Of a DNA stretch of 64,000 nucleotides, positions 30,705-40,195 are shown one piece after another. The position numbers were made by a program, and so were the translations under genes. Source of the DNA: a virus; the IMG/VR virus record IMGVR_UViG_3300038443_001768. The stretch is one strand, 5' to 3'. The notes beneath the pieces were generated by a model. The model ran no database searches. It worked only from the letters and a program-made list of their open reading frames with translations, and was not told the DNA's origin. Numbering within the stretch: position 1 is the stretch's first letter; every line of letters begins with the position of its first letter.

Positions 30705-31676
30705 TTAGTAGCTCGCTGTCTGGTTCTTCAAGGTCGCCGTGAGCAGGTCCGTGACGCCGGTTGCCTTCTGGGCGACGGCGCGAACCGAGGAAACGATCGG
30801 CCCGCCGGCCGGGTCTGGCTCAGCCGGGAACTCCTCGTAGGCGATCGACGGCAAGTCGAAGGCGATCTCATTGTTGGCGTCGAGGGTGAACGTGAAATTC
30901 GCCGCAGTGGTGAAGATGTTCGGCGAGATAGCGGTTCCCGTAGCGCCGCCGTAGTAGAACTTGTTGTACTCGGTGAGATCCTCGAAGAGCAGATCGAACG
31001 AGAGGCTGATCTCGCGCTGACCGGCGGTGATGTCGTAGGGGACGACGTCGTCGGTCTGCTGGCGCTCAAGGTTGTTCTCAACGGTGAGGCTGAACGAACG
31101 AATCAGACGAGTCGATGCCCCGCCGAGCGTGATCGCAGCGTTGTTGAAGTTGAACGGCACGTCCGAGTCAAGCGTCAGAGAGCCGAGCGGGTCGACAGTG
31201 AGACGCGTCGGAATCAAGCCCTGAACACCGACGGTGGCGGAGAGCGGCTGGCCGGCCTCGGCTGCGATCGTGATCGAACCGGCCTGGCAATCCTGGAAGC
31301 GCTCGAAGAGCGCGCCAGCGCCACCAATGTTGCGCCACAGGGTCAGCCACGGCAGCGTCTGCCCCGGCTTGATCGTGTGCGTGTAGTTCGGTGTTGAGCC
31401 AGTCGATACTGTGTTGCCGAGAACCCCTGTCAGCCAGAAGCCGAGCGACTCAGGGCGCACGTAAAGCTCGGGCGAGCCCTCGACGCCAGACGTTGTGATG
31501 TATGCGGCGGCCTGGTCGCGAGACGAGTCAGTCTCGGAGAGTCGGTCTGTTGCCAGAACAGGCGCAATGTTGCCGCCCGAGAATGCGTTGGCGAAGAGCG
31601 GCGCTGCTGCTACAGAGCCCTTGGCTGTCTGCTTTGCTCCCGCGATCCAAGCGGACTTACCGGAAAATCCTGCCAT
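30705..31676 (-). CDS. Major tail tube protein
   Basis: 323 aa, strong codon bias, typical position; 'IRSFSLTVENNLE' tail-tube motif. Confidence 0.8.
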   Translation of the reverse strand: MAGFSGKSAWIAGAKQTAKGSVAAAPLFANAFSGGNIAPVLATDRLSETDSSRDQAAAYITTSGVEGSPELYVRPESLGFWLTGVLGNTVSTGSTPNYTHTIKPGQTLPWLTLWRNIGGAGALFERFQDCQAGSITIAAEAGQPLSATVGVQGLIPTRLTVDPLGSLTLDSDVPFNFNNAAITLGGASTRLIRSFSLTVENNLERQQTDDVVPYDITAGQREISLSFDLLFEDLTEYNKFYYGGATGTAISPNIFTTAANFTFTLDANNEIAFDLPSIAYEEFPAEPDPAGGPIVSSVRAVAQKATGVTDLLTATLKNQTASY

Positions 31677-31682
31677 CGGTGA

Positions 31683-31928
31683 TTACTCCTTCCAGTCGTC
31701 CACTACTGGGGACTCAGGTTCGGTGGGCGTGACTGGCTCGACAACTACTTCGACGGCCGGTGCGTCGTCTACGACGACGAACAAGTCAGGGTACGAGGCC
31801 TTGATTGTTTCGATGACTACGCGGTCGTCGGTCGTGTACGGAGAGTTATTCACCGAGAAGGACACGGTACCAATGGACACGTTGATGTCGCCGTTGGGTG
31901 CGCTGGCAGCCTTTGAGATCTTCGCCAT
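31683..31928 (-). CDS. Small hypothetical virion-associated protein
   Basis: ORF between the neck and tail tube genes. Confidence 0.5.
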   Translation of the reverse strand: MAKISKAASAPNGDINVSIGTVSFSVNNSPYTTDDRVVIETIKASYPDLFVVVDDAPAVEVVVEPVTPTEPESPVVDDWKE

Positions 31929-31966
31929 GACCTCAAAAGATACCCCACGGCTCGCCAAAAACCCTA

Positions 31967-32419
31967 CTACGCGGTCGTTTCGATCAATGCAGAGTTGTTT
32001 CCCCGCGACTGAACAGTCATCTCAAATCGAGACTTGTTGCCCGTGGCGTCGGTTGTGTACCTGGTCATGACGACGTCGAAGTACCAAACGCCAGCATCAC
32101 CGGTGATGCGCGCCGAGGCTAGCGCACGCCGCAGGCGCTCAGCCTTGTTGGCGATGATCCGTGGATCGACCTGTTGCTGTGGGTCGATGTCGGCCTTATA
32201 GGGGTCGAAGAACTGGATCGTACATTGGCCAACAAGCTCGATTCCGCGCGTCTCCTCAACCTCTGGGTAGATACCCACGTAGGTACGCCCGTCGGTGCCG
32301 AGCGAGGCATGCAGACGATCATGACGGATGATCAAGTACTGGATGTCGCTGAATTCGGTTTGAATGACCACCTCAAGCGCGTTGGCGAGAAGCGTGTACG
32401 GGTCAGTCACTACAGTCAT
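31967..32419 (-). CDS. Putative tail terminator/neck protein
   Basis: Synteny between the HK97 gp10-like and tail tube genes. Confidence 0.55.
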   Translation of the reverse strand: MTVVTDPYTLLANALEVVIQTEFSDIQYLIIRHDRLHASLGTDGRTYVGIYPEVEETRGIELVGQCTIQFFDPYKADIDPQQQVDPRIIANKAERLRRALASARITGDAGVWYFDVVMTRYTTDATGNKSRFEMTVQSRGNNSALIETTA

Positions 32420-32922
32420 CCTGGAAACTCTTCCTTAGCGATTTGCATCATTCTGTGTCGCGCTACTTGGTCGTACGAGGGGCGAAGGAACGGCTGCGCA
32501 CGCGTGCCTGGGTGGAATACCCAAGCGCCGCTCTCGTCCCAGTTCTCATACAGTCGACCGCTACCTACGGGACCGAAATGCGGATTGTTCCAGACGAACT
32601 CGCCGCCCTTCCAGAAGAAGTGCAATCGTCCCTTGATGATGTGCGGGCTGGTTCCGAGTTCAACATATAGCGCATGTTGAGAGATAGAGTACCAGTAACC
32701 GCGAGTTCCCTCAGACGTGCTGCGCATTGAACGCCTCAGCGGAATGTCCCCCTTCTTGCGACCGCTGGCCTTACCGACGGGTGCCAAGGCGCGCGCTGCC
32801 TCCTCGCCCTCCTTGACAGTCCTCGCCACGGTGGCGACGGCGGCCTCGTCACAGCGCGCGGCGAATCGACCAAAGTTGTCGCGCGCCATAACGACGCGGG
32901 ACTTGGCCTTGATCTCAGCCAC
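32416..32922 (-). CDS. HK97 gp10-like neck protein
   Basis: ARALAPV, ALYVELGT, HPGTRAQPFLRPS motifs. Confidence 0.8.
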   Translation of the reverse strand: MAEIKAKSRVVMARDNFGRFAARCDEAAVATVARTVKEGEEAARALAPVGKASGRKKGDIPLRRSMRSTSEGTRGYWYSISQHALYVELGTSPHIIKGRLHFFWKGGEFVWNNPHFGPVGSGRLYENWDESGAWVFHPGTRAQPFLRPSYDQVARHRMMQIAKEEFPG

Positions 32923-33581
32923 TACAATCGAGGGACGATGTAGTTCTGAAGAATGGCCTGCGCGCGCAAAGGAATTGCCTCTTCAATGTCGGCGGCGGCC
33001 CTGGTTCGGGAATAGTTCTCGATTGATTCCTGTGTGTACGGACGGGTTGTCTCAGCCAATGCGTCGGCGATGATGATTGTGGCGCGCTTTACATCGTCGG
33101 GGATCTCAGGCCAGCCCCACGTTGCGGTGACGTTGACGATGTTAGGCTTCTGTGGCAACTTCCAGTACAAGGTGTCCAGGTTGTACGTGAAGCCCATCTC
33201 CGGAGAACCCACCCCGTAGGCGTTTGGTGCAAGCTGAAGCCAGCGCTTGACAGGGCTGTTGAGTGGATACGCAGACCACTCATTCACACTGAGCGTGGTC
33301 GCTGTGATCGTGTCGCCTGTCCAGCCGGACTGAACCGAAACATCCATCACGGTCTGACATTCGTCGATGTCAAGGAAGCCGCTCCCGTCGTATTCGTACT
33401 GACGCACGTCTGAGAACGGCACCTCCTCGCTGACATTGAACTCTAGACCAGTAAAATTCCTCACCATCGATGACGCAGACGCCACAGCAAGCGTGAACTT
33501 GTCATCGTCCGGAGTCTCCACAGTCGGCGGCAGACCAAGGGCCATCTTGAAGGTGGCGAGATCAATCAGCGGCGTAGCCAT
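32922..33581 (-). CDS. Head-tail adaptor/connector protein
   Basis: LATFKMALGL..DDDK, ASSMVRNFTG, VTATWGWPEIPDDVKRAT, ESIENYS motifs. Confidence 0.8.
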   Translation of the reverse strand: MATPLIDLATFKMALGLPPTVETPDDDKFTLAVASASSMVRNFTGLEFNVSEEVPFSDVRQYEYDGSGFLDIDECQTVMDVSVQSGWTGDTITATTLSVNEWSAYPLNSPVKRWLQLAPNAYGVGSPEMGFTYNLDTLYWKLPQKPNIVNVTATWGWPEIPDDVKRATIIIADALAETTRPYTQESIENYSRTRAAADIEEAIPLRAQAILQNYIVPRL

Positions 33582-33610
33582 ACTCTAAGGGTACTCGCGG
33601 CCTAGACACG

Positions 33611-33635
33611 AAAAGGGCCGCTCGGAAGCGGCCCT
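33611..33635 (-). terminator. Terminator after the capsid operon
   Basis: AGGGCCGC-loop-GCGGCCCT followed by TTT on the - strand. Confidence 0.65.
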
Positions 33636-33660
33636 CATGAGTTTCGATTCGCTCCGTGAC

Positions 33661-33999
33661 CTAGGAGAGGTCCGGAACGTGCTCCTCGCCGGAGTCCGAG
33701 CCGACAGCGCGGACGTGCTCGGAATCACTGCCCTCGCCGGCCTCCGAGGAAACCGGGAGCGGAGCGGCCGTCGTGCCAAACTTGGCCTCGACGACTCCGG
33801 TGGCGAGCGCCTCGCCCAGCGGGACTGTGATGCGGTCGCGCTTGGCGTCGGCGTCCTCAGGGATCTGAACTGCCAGCGACGAGTTCGGATCGAGGATCAC
33901 CTCATCGGCACGGAACACGGTCTCGTGGACGTGGAGGTCTCCTCCGCCCTGAGCCTCGCGAACCTCGCGGACTACTGTGTATCGGTCTTCAGTTGCCAT
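33661..33999 (-). CDS. Hypothetical protein downstream of the capsid gene
   Basis: AAGGAG SD; high-expression codon bias. Confidence 0.6.
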   Translation of the reverse strand: MATEDRYTVVREVREAQGGGDLHVHETVFRADEVILDPNSSLAVQIPEDADAKRDRITVPLGEALATGVVEAKFGTTAAPLPVSSEAGEGSDSEHVRAVGSDSGEEHVPDLS

Positions 34000-34017
34000 T
34001 GTTGATACTCCTTAGGC

Positions 34018-35328
34018 TTAGCCGTTGGCGAGTCCGACGCCGCCGATGACGTTGAAGGCCACCGGTGCGCGCGCGGCGGTGAAGCCGACTCGCTGCTCAG
34101 CGCGGAAGATCGTCTGGTTGCTGGTGAACAGGACGTGCGGCGACTCGTCGACCGTGATGCCCTGGCGGTCGAGGATCAGAGCCTCGGAGAAGTCTCCGAC
34201 GATGACGCGCGACTCGTTGGTTCCCGTACCGAGGTTGGTCGGGATGCGGTTGCTGGTGACGACCTTGAAGCCGAAGAGCGACTTGTTGGCTGCGCGACCC
34301 TGCTGGACCGAGTCCGGCCCAACCAAGTACAGACCCTGGGCATCCTTAGCCTTCAGGATGCGCGTCCAGGTGCGCGGGTGCATGACGATGGCGGTCGGCT
34401 CACCGTGGTTGTCCTGGACGTTAGCGATAGCGTCGAGGATCGAGTCAAGGAGGCCGCCGTCGTCGGTGACGGTGATGTTGGTCAGCGTGGTAGCGCCGAG
34501 ACCAGGCGTGTTGAGCAGGCCGAGCGGCTGGCCGGTGCCGGAACCGTTGAGGAACGCTGTCTCCTCAAGGGCGACAAGGCGCTTCGCAAGGTCAGAGGTG
34601 ACGAGGCGGTCGACGGCTGGGTTCGAGTCAGCAAGTAGCTGGTTCGAGATCGTGGCCAGGCCGGCTGCGGTGAAGACCGAGGCCGAGACCGTGGTCTTCG
34701 CCATGCTGGTCGACTCAGGCTTGGTCGCAAGCTCGGCGACCCATCCAGCCGACGTACCGAGCGTTAGCTGGTCAAGCTGTAGCTCGTTCGTGGTGATGTT
34801 GAGCTTCGAGCAAAGCGCGCGAAGAACGTTGTCGGACTCGCGGACCTCGACGATCTGACGCTCGATCTGCTTCTCGACGAGGTAGCCGCCCTGGTTGGCA
34901 GTTCCCTCAGTCATGGCCTTGCCGCCGGTGGCGTTCATGAGGCGCTCGCGCGCCGAACCGTCACCCTTGGAGGCTAGTCGAATGTCGTTGAAGAACGAGT
35001 ACTCGCCCGAGTCGTACGGGGTCTCGTCGTCGGTGACGGCCTTACCGTCAACGCGGCCAATGGCGAACGGGCCGATCGGCTTCTTGAGATCCTCGATGAC
35101 CTCGTCGAGCGTAGTGACCTTAGCGCGTAGCGCCTTGACCTCTTCCTCACGCTCGCGATCTGCGCGCTCAGACTTCAAGCGCTCGATCTCCGGTGTGATC
35201 TCGTTCTGAACCTGCTCGATGAAGGACTTGACGTCCTCTGCTGGTGCGCCGCTCTCAGCCTTTGAGAGAAGCTCGCTTGCACGGCTCTCTAGGGCCTCAA
35301 TCTTGGCAACGATTTCCTGAAGTTCCAT
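34018..35328 (-). CDS. Major capsid protein (HK97 fold)
   Basis: N-terminal coiled-coil delta domain, GGYLV, AFLNGSGTGQPLG, MHPRTW..I.KAKDAQG.YL, GDFS, RAEQRVG. Confidence 0.95.
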   Translation of the reverse strand: MELQEIVAKIEALESRASELLSKAESGAPAEDVKSFIEQVQNEITPEIERLKSERADREREEEVKALRAKVTTLDEVIEDLKKPIGPFAIGRVDGKAVTDDETPYDSGEYSFFNDIRLASKGDGSARERLMNATGGKAMTEGTANQGGYLVEKQIERQIVEVRESDNVLRALCSKLNITTNELQLDQLTLGTSAGWVAELATKPESTSMAKTTVSASVFTAAGLATISNQLLADSNPAVDRLVTSDLAKRLVALEETAFLNGSGTGQPLGLLNTPGLGATTLTNITVTDDGGLLDSILDAIANVQDNHGEPTAIVMHPRTWTRILKAKDAQGLYLVGPDSVQQGRAANKSLFGFKVVTSNRIPTNLGTGTNESRVIVGDFSEALILDRQGITVDESPHVLFTSNQTIFRAEQRVGFTAARAPVAFNVIGGVGLANG

Positions 35329-35428
35329 AACTAGTGAGTAATCCTAGCTCCGTGCCTGCCACTTTGTGACGTGCGTTGGTTGATTCGACTCAACAAAAAC
35401 TACACACATCAGTGACAGCGGCGGGCCA

Positions 35429-36388
35429 CTAGTAGACATGGACACCGTCAGCGCCGCCCTCAGTGTTGTCGTGGACTTCCTTGAGACCGACGTGCTCGAT
35501 AACCTGACCAAGCTTCCCGACGAGCGCATCGACGCGCGCAGCTACCTCTTCAGGAGACATACCGACGGTCTCCTTGAGTTCGCTGAATCGTGATCGAAGC
35601 TCATCAGAGAGGTGTTCAGTATTGATGGAGCCGTTGGCGATGTGCTCGGCGGTGATAGAGCCCGGCTCTACCGCCGATACGGCTGGCTCATCGACCTCAG
35701 GCTCGTCGACCTCTGGCTCGTCTGGTGTTTCCTCAGGTACCGGTGTTTCCGTCTCCGGAATTTCCTCGACCTCTGGCTCGACGACTGAGTCATCGACGAC
35801 CTCGACGGCCGGCGCTTCATCGTCCTCGGACTTGCCCTCAAGTACTGGCGCTGACTCGAACGCCTTACCGGCAACGACCGCAAATGTCGTGCGAGGATTG
35901 ACCGGGAACGGTGTGACGCTGATCTCGCCGAGGTCAACGTCGTAGATTCGCGGACCGGACTTCGTCATGCGGCGCTTGAAGATGCCGCCAACGGAGAACG
36001 CCTTGATGGTTCCGCGCTTGATCTTGTTGAAGATGTCTTCGGCCCACGAGCCAGCGGCTGGACGGTCAACGCGGCCTCGTACCCATAGTCCGTGCTCGTC
36101 AACCTTGGCGTCGGTGAATACACCAAGCGCCTTGTCGTACTGGTGGTGGTACAGCATGATCGGGTTCACCGATAGGAAGCTCTTCAGGCCGCGCTCGAAC
36201 GCGCCAGGCTCGAAGGCCTCTTCCTGTCGATCCACACCCCAATCGCTGGCGTAGCCCTCCACCCAGATGTCACCGTTCTCATCCTCTGTGACCTCATATG
36301 CCTTCTGGTCAAGGAAGAAGTCGTAGCGGAACTCCGCCTGCTGCGTTCCGTCTGGCTGAGTGGTGACTGCCTTAGTGCCGAATGACAT
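35429..36388 (-). CDS. Prohead protease (HK97 family) with acidic C-terminal extension
   Basis: EGYAS..GVD, MLYHH, GLWVRG, AFSVGG, LGEISVTPFPVNP. Confidence 0.9.
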   Translation of the reverse strand: MSFGTKAVTTQPDGTQQAEFRYDFFLDQKAYEVTEDENGDIWVEGYASDWGVDRQEEAFEPGAFERGLKSFLSVNPIMLYHHQYDKALGVFTDAKVDEHGLWVRGRVDRPAAGSWAEDIFNKIKRGTIKAFSVGGIFKRRMTKSGPRIYDVDLGEISVTPFPVNPRTTFAVVAGKAFESAPVLEGKSEDDEAPAVEVVDDSVVEPEVEEIPETETPVPEETPDEPEVDEPEVDEPAVSAVEPGSITAEHIANGSINTEHLSDELRSRFSELKETVGMSPEEVAARVDALVGKLGQVIEHVGLKEVHDNTEGGADGVHVY

Positions 36389-36472
36389 AGAGAAAATCGT
36401 ACGTATTGGCTCGCCACAAACACGAAAGGCCAGGTCAATGACCTGGCCTTGAAAGTGTTCAGCGTTGGTGGT

Positions 36473-36679
36473 CTACTTGTAGTCGGCTACGGTGTCGGCG
36501 TAGACGCGCTTACCGGTCGAGCGGCCGGCGGTGCCGGTCTTGCCTGCGACGCGGTAGTTGGGTGCCTTCTGGTCGGCCAGGTTGGTGAAGGTCTTCGCTG
36601 GCTTCGCAGAGTTGTTGCCCTGGGCCGGGCGAGCGACTGAGCGAGCGCGATTAGCGGTGGGCATAGTCTTTCGAGCCAT
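36473..36679 (-). CDS. Small basic protein in its own transcription unit
   Basis: 68 aa K/R/A/T-rich; flanked by hairpin terminators (36425-36450, 36707-36730) with its own -10 box. Confidence 0.55.
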   Translation of the reverse strand: MARKTMPTANRARSVARPAQGNNSAKPAKTFTNLADQKAPNYRVAGKTGTAGRSTGKRVYADTVADYK

Positions 36680-36769
36680 GCCAGATATAGTAGACCCCAC
36701 AACGACAAGGACCGCCCGGAGGCGGCCCTTGCGTGACTTCAACGAACCTCGAACCACACTAGAAGTGTA

Positions 36770-38689
36770 TCAGATTTCGCACGAACCAGCCATACAGGCA
36801 AGCTCCTGTGAGCCCTCTGTCATGTCGTCGCTCTCGTAGATCTCCAACAACGACCAATCAACAGCCTTGGGCATTTCCGCGAGCAGTGCCTCGTACTCAG
36901 GCTTCGAGACCTCCTCGTATGGTGCCTGGTCGTAGGTGTGCTCCGAGTACGGCAGGAACGACAGTCCGACAACGATGTCGAAGTTCTCATACACCCAGTC
37001 ACCGACTACGTCCCATTCGTCGTTGCGTACGTTGACCGTTACGGACGGGTTGTGGTCGCACCAATGCTCGGCGAAGACTTTCCAGTGTTCGAGCACATCG
37101 ATTGCTGAGAGATCAGACCTAGTAACGGCCGTCTCCGGTGCCTGCTTTGGGTACGAGAACACCCAGGTCTTATCGGGATTCATCACATCATCCTCACACG
37201 GCACGCCAGCCATGTAGAGAACATTGGCTACCGGGTCGTGCTTGTTGCCTCGATTGCGGCGGATGTAGTATCGACCGTGCGCGGCATGCATTCCGTTTCC
37301 GTGCCCACCAACGAGTTCCGTTGAGTTCCCGGCCGGCTTCATGCACGTCCTGGCCAGCGACGCATTGATGCCAATGATCTCAGCGTACTTGGAGTTCGTA
37401 ACCCTGACTACGTGGTTTAGTTGATCAAGGATGCGGGCCATCTCATCCTTATCAGCCTTAGCGTTCAGCAAGGGCGAGTCCTGGACGCCGGTCATGCCGA
37501 CACCGAGAAGGCGCTCTTCCTCAGAGTTCCTCTTCCAATCATCGCTGATGTAGCGGAAGTGTGTGAACGACGATTGGATTGTTCCGATCATCGTGGCAAC
37601 TCGAACCTTTCTGGTGAGCGAAATCAAGTCATCCTCTGGTCGAACCGTGATCTGCGAGAGGTTGCAGAACTGTCGATCACGAAGGATGATCTCGCCGCAG
37701 GGGTTGAGTCCGAACTTGTAGAACGAGCGGCCCAACTTGGTGGCCTTCGCGGCGGCGGCTGCGCGGTTGAAGAACCCGCGCTCGCCGCTGCCTGAGGCGC
37801 GCAGCGCTGCCCACTCAGCGTTGAAGACTTCTCGCGACGGTCGACCATCCCACGCCGCTGAGTTGTTAGCGAGCGCAAAGTGCTTGCGGTGGTCGTCGTT
37901 GTACCATTCGCCGGACTTGGCGTCGCGCATCATGAGGTCGTCGGGAGACGACAATGAAATCAGCGCAGAACGACGAACGCCGCCCACAACTACGACCTCG
38001 CCCACCATACACATGATGGAGTGCGCCTCGATCGGCGTCAGACGACGACCAGCGGCGTGCTCGAACACACCAATCGTGTGCAAGAACAGCCGCACCAACG
38101 GATCAGGCCCAGAGGCACGCCCGCCAAAGGTCTTGAGCTTCGCGCCGGCCTCACGCACACGCGAGACGTCAAACTCAGGGATGCGCCCCTCGTAGAGAGC
38201 GGAAATCAGGGCACGGAACGCGTATGCCCAGCCGTCCTTGGAATCCTCAACAACAATGACATCATCGACGCGTACCAAGACCGCCGGAATCTCAGGAAGC
38301 TGCTCGACCTCGTCAGGCTCGACAGAAAAACCAACTCCGGTTCCGCACATCAAGATGTGCATGGCCTCGTCAAAGGCCTCCGGGCGATTTACAGCAATAT
38401 ATGAACAGTTGTAGGCGGCTGTAGCGTCGCGCTCCAACGCTGGCCCAGCGGTCATCAATGCGCGCATCGATGGTAGGACGTCGCGCGAAAGGATAGACGA
38501 CCTGATCAGACCGTAGTCCTCTTCAGAGAGCGGTCTGTGGCGTCGCTCAAGATGACTACGAACGTAATCAACAAAACGGTCAACGGTCTCTTCCCACGTC
38601 TCGCGGCGGGCTAGATCATCGCGCCAACGAGCGTACTTGGACTGGTGGATCTGCTGCTCATAAAGCGTCGGCAGCGCGTGCGACAACAT
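36770..38689 (-). CDS. nrdJ: Class II (B12-dependent) ribonucleotide reductase
   Basis: RRETWEETVDR, LPSMRALMTAG, YNCS, GTGVGFS, GGVRRSA, GLNPCGEI, FCNLS, CMKPAGN, C-terminal ACMAGSCEI. Confidence 0.93.
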   Translation of the reverse strand: MLSHALPTLYEQQIHQSKYARWRDDLARRETWEETVDRFVDYVRSHLERRHRPLSEEDYGLIRSSILSRDVLPSMRALMTAGPALERDATAAYNCSYIAVNRPEAFDEAMHILMCGTGVGFSVEPDEVEQLPEIPAVLVRVDDVIVVEDSKDGWAYAFRALISALYEGRIPEFDVSRVREAGAKLKTFGGRASGPDPLVRLFLHTIGVFEHAAGRRLTPIEAHSIMCMVGEVVVVGGVRRSALISLSSPDDLMMRDAKSGEWYNDDHRKHFALANNSAAWDGRPSREVFNAEWAALRASGSGERGFFNRAAAAAKATKLGRSFYKFGLNPCGEIILRDRQFCNLSQITVRPEDDLISLTRKVRVATMIGTIQSSFTHFRYISDDWKRNSEEERLLGVGMTGVQDSPLLNAKADKDEMARILDQLNHVVRVTNSKYAEIIGINASLARTCMKPAGNSTELVGGHGNGMHAAHGRYYIRRNRGNKHDPVANVLYMAGVPCEDDVMNPDKTWVFSYPKQAPETAVTRSDLSAIDVLEHWKVFAEHWCDHNPSVTVNVRNDEWDVVGDWVYENFDIVVGLSFLPYSEHTYDQAPYEEVSKPEYEALLAEMPKAVDWSLLEIYESDDMTEGSQELACMAGSCEI

Positions 38690-38928
38690 GTACTCCTAGT
38701 GCTGAAAGTTATTATCTCGGTCCCGGCGGGGCGTCCGCCGGAGAGGTGCGATCGACGTAGTCGCCGTCTTCCTCAGGACCGAGAAAAGTATCAACCGCCA
38801 TGCCTACGAAGCACGCAGGTAGTCCTAGTGTTCGTACCACCTTATAGGTGGTTATCAACCCAATACCCGCGGCCAGTTTGAGGCCGCTGATCGCTAGGGT
38901 TGCTTGGACTGACGGGTGTAGGAGACGC

Positions 38929-39956
38929 CTAGCCGGCGTCGGAGAGAAGGCGGTCCGGTGAATGCGCGGCGTCCCACTTCTCATAGTACTTCTCAAAATC
39001 GAGATGCGCCTTCTGGGAGCGCGCTTCGGAAATCTCCATCGGTGTCACGTTCTTACATAGTGAGGTGCGCTCACCACAAGATGGACACAACTTGTAGACA
39101 TCCAAAACCGGCCAGTTGAGGGCGCAGATGGAACATCTACGCGCTCGCTCGATCTCGTCGTGACGGTCAGCGATCACTCTTCCTCATTCTCCGCGATACC
39201 GTAGAGAAGAGCAAAGCTGATCGCCTCGTTGAGTAGCGCGAGCGCCGCCACCGGAACGCCAGCCCACGGCGACACCGAAAACACCAGCAGCGTCGCCAGG
39301 ACCAGCAAGGTCGTCGACAGCGGGGCCGGCATCACGCGGCCTCGTCGAACGCCGACTTGAATCGCGGCCACAGCATACCTAGATCACAAACCAGGCAAAC
39401 GCGCGCAAAGCCCGCGCCGCGCTCAAGCATGCTCTTACGCTTCTTGGATGTCTCGGCGACAGGATCGTACGTCACCACCGCCATAGTCTCGTTACCGCAG
39501 CCGCAGGTGTGGGCCTCGTCGAAGCCCTTGCCGCGCGGCTTCGGAAACCGAACCAGTTGGCCCTCGCAGCGATCCGGCAGGATCGCGCCGCCTTGATGCT
39601 CGACCTCCTCAACGAGGACATTGAGGTCATCTAGTGTGAACTCAGGTCCGTTAGCACCAATATTGGGCTCTTCACTCATCGCTTTCCTCGTTTTCGATCT
39701 CTACGTGCTCTCCGCAATGCGGGCAGTCGAATTCGAGCGAACCCAGATCCAACATGAAGTCCAATTCAGGCTCGGGCCAGTCGCGTGCTACGACTTCTCG
39801 CAAGCGGTCCTTGACAACCGTGAGATAGCCGATAGCATTCTCAGGAGACATACCATCGTAGGAGAATTGCGGCGCGGTCCCGTTCTCGTTGAGCACGACC
39901 TCGATGGTGATCGTGCCCACGACGGGAAGGTCTTGCTGCTCTTGCGTCTGCTGCAT
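38929..39956 (-). other. Four small hypothetical genes (38929-39177 Zn-ribbon, 39174-39332 membrane, 39332-39679, 39672-39956)
   Basis: Coupled ORFs; CxxC pairs; extended -10 TGcTAGACT near 39970. Confidence 0.55.
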
Positions 39957-39990
39957 GGGGTGTTAGAAGTCTAGCACCCCGGCGCTTTCG

Positions 39991-40188
39991 CTACCTGCGG
40001 CGGCGGCGTCGCTTTCTGCGCGACGGCGTCGTCTTCGGCGTGTTGCGCGGCTTGCCGCGCTGGTAGGAGTCGACGACCACGCGCGTCTTGCCGCGATCCG
40101 GGCCGCGCGGCGAGCGGGTGTGCGACTTCACGGCTACGCCGGTGCGCGATCCTGGCTTGCGCTTTCTCTTCTTTCGGCCTCGGGTCAT
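39991..40188 (-). CDS. Very basic, protamine-like small protein
   Basis: 65 aa with RGRKKRKRK and RRKRRRRRR tracts, directly after the portal gene. Confidence 0.55.
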   Translation of the reverse strand: MTRGRKKRKRKPGSRTGVAVKSHTRSPRGPDRGKTRVVVDSYQRGKPRNTPKTTPSRRKRRRRRR

Positions 40189-40195
40189 GGTCGAC

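Noticed and set aside
5032-38689. Inteins or introns in the terminase, RtcB or RNR genes
   Set aside because: Protein lengths are normal and no intein or intron signature motifs are evident
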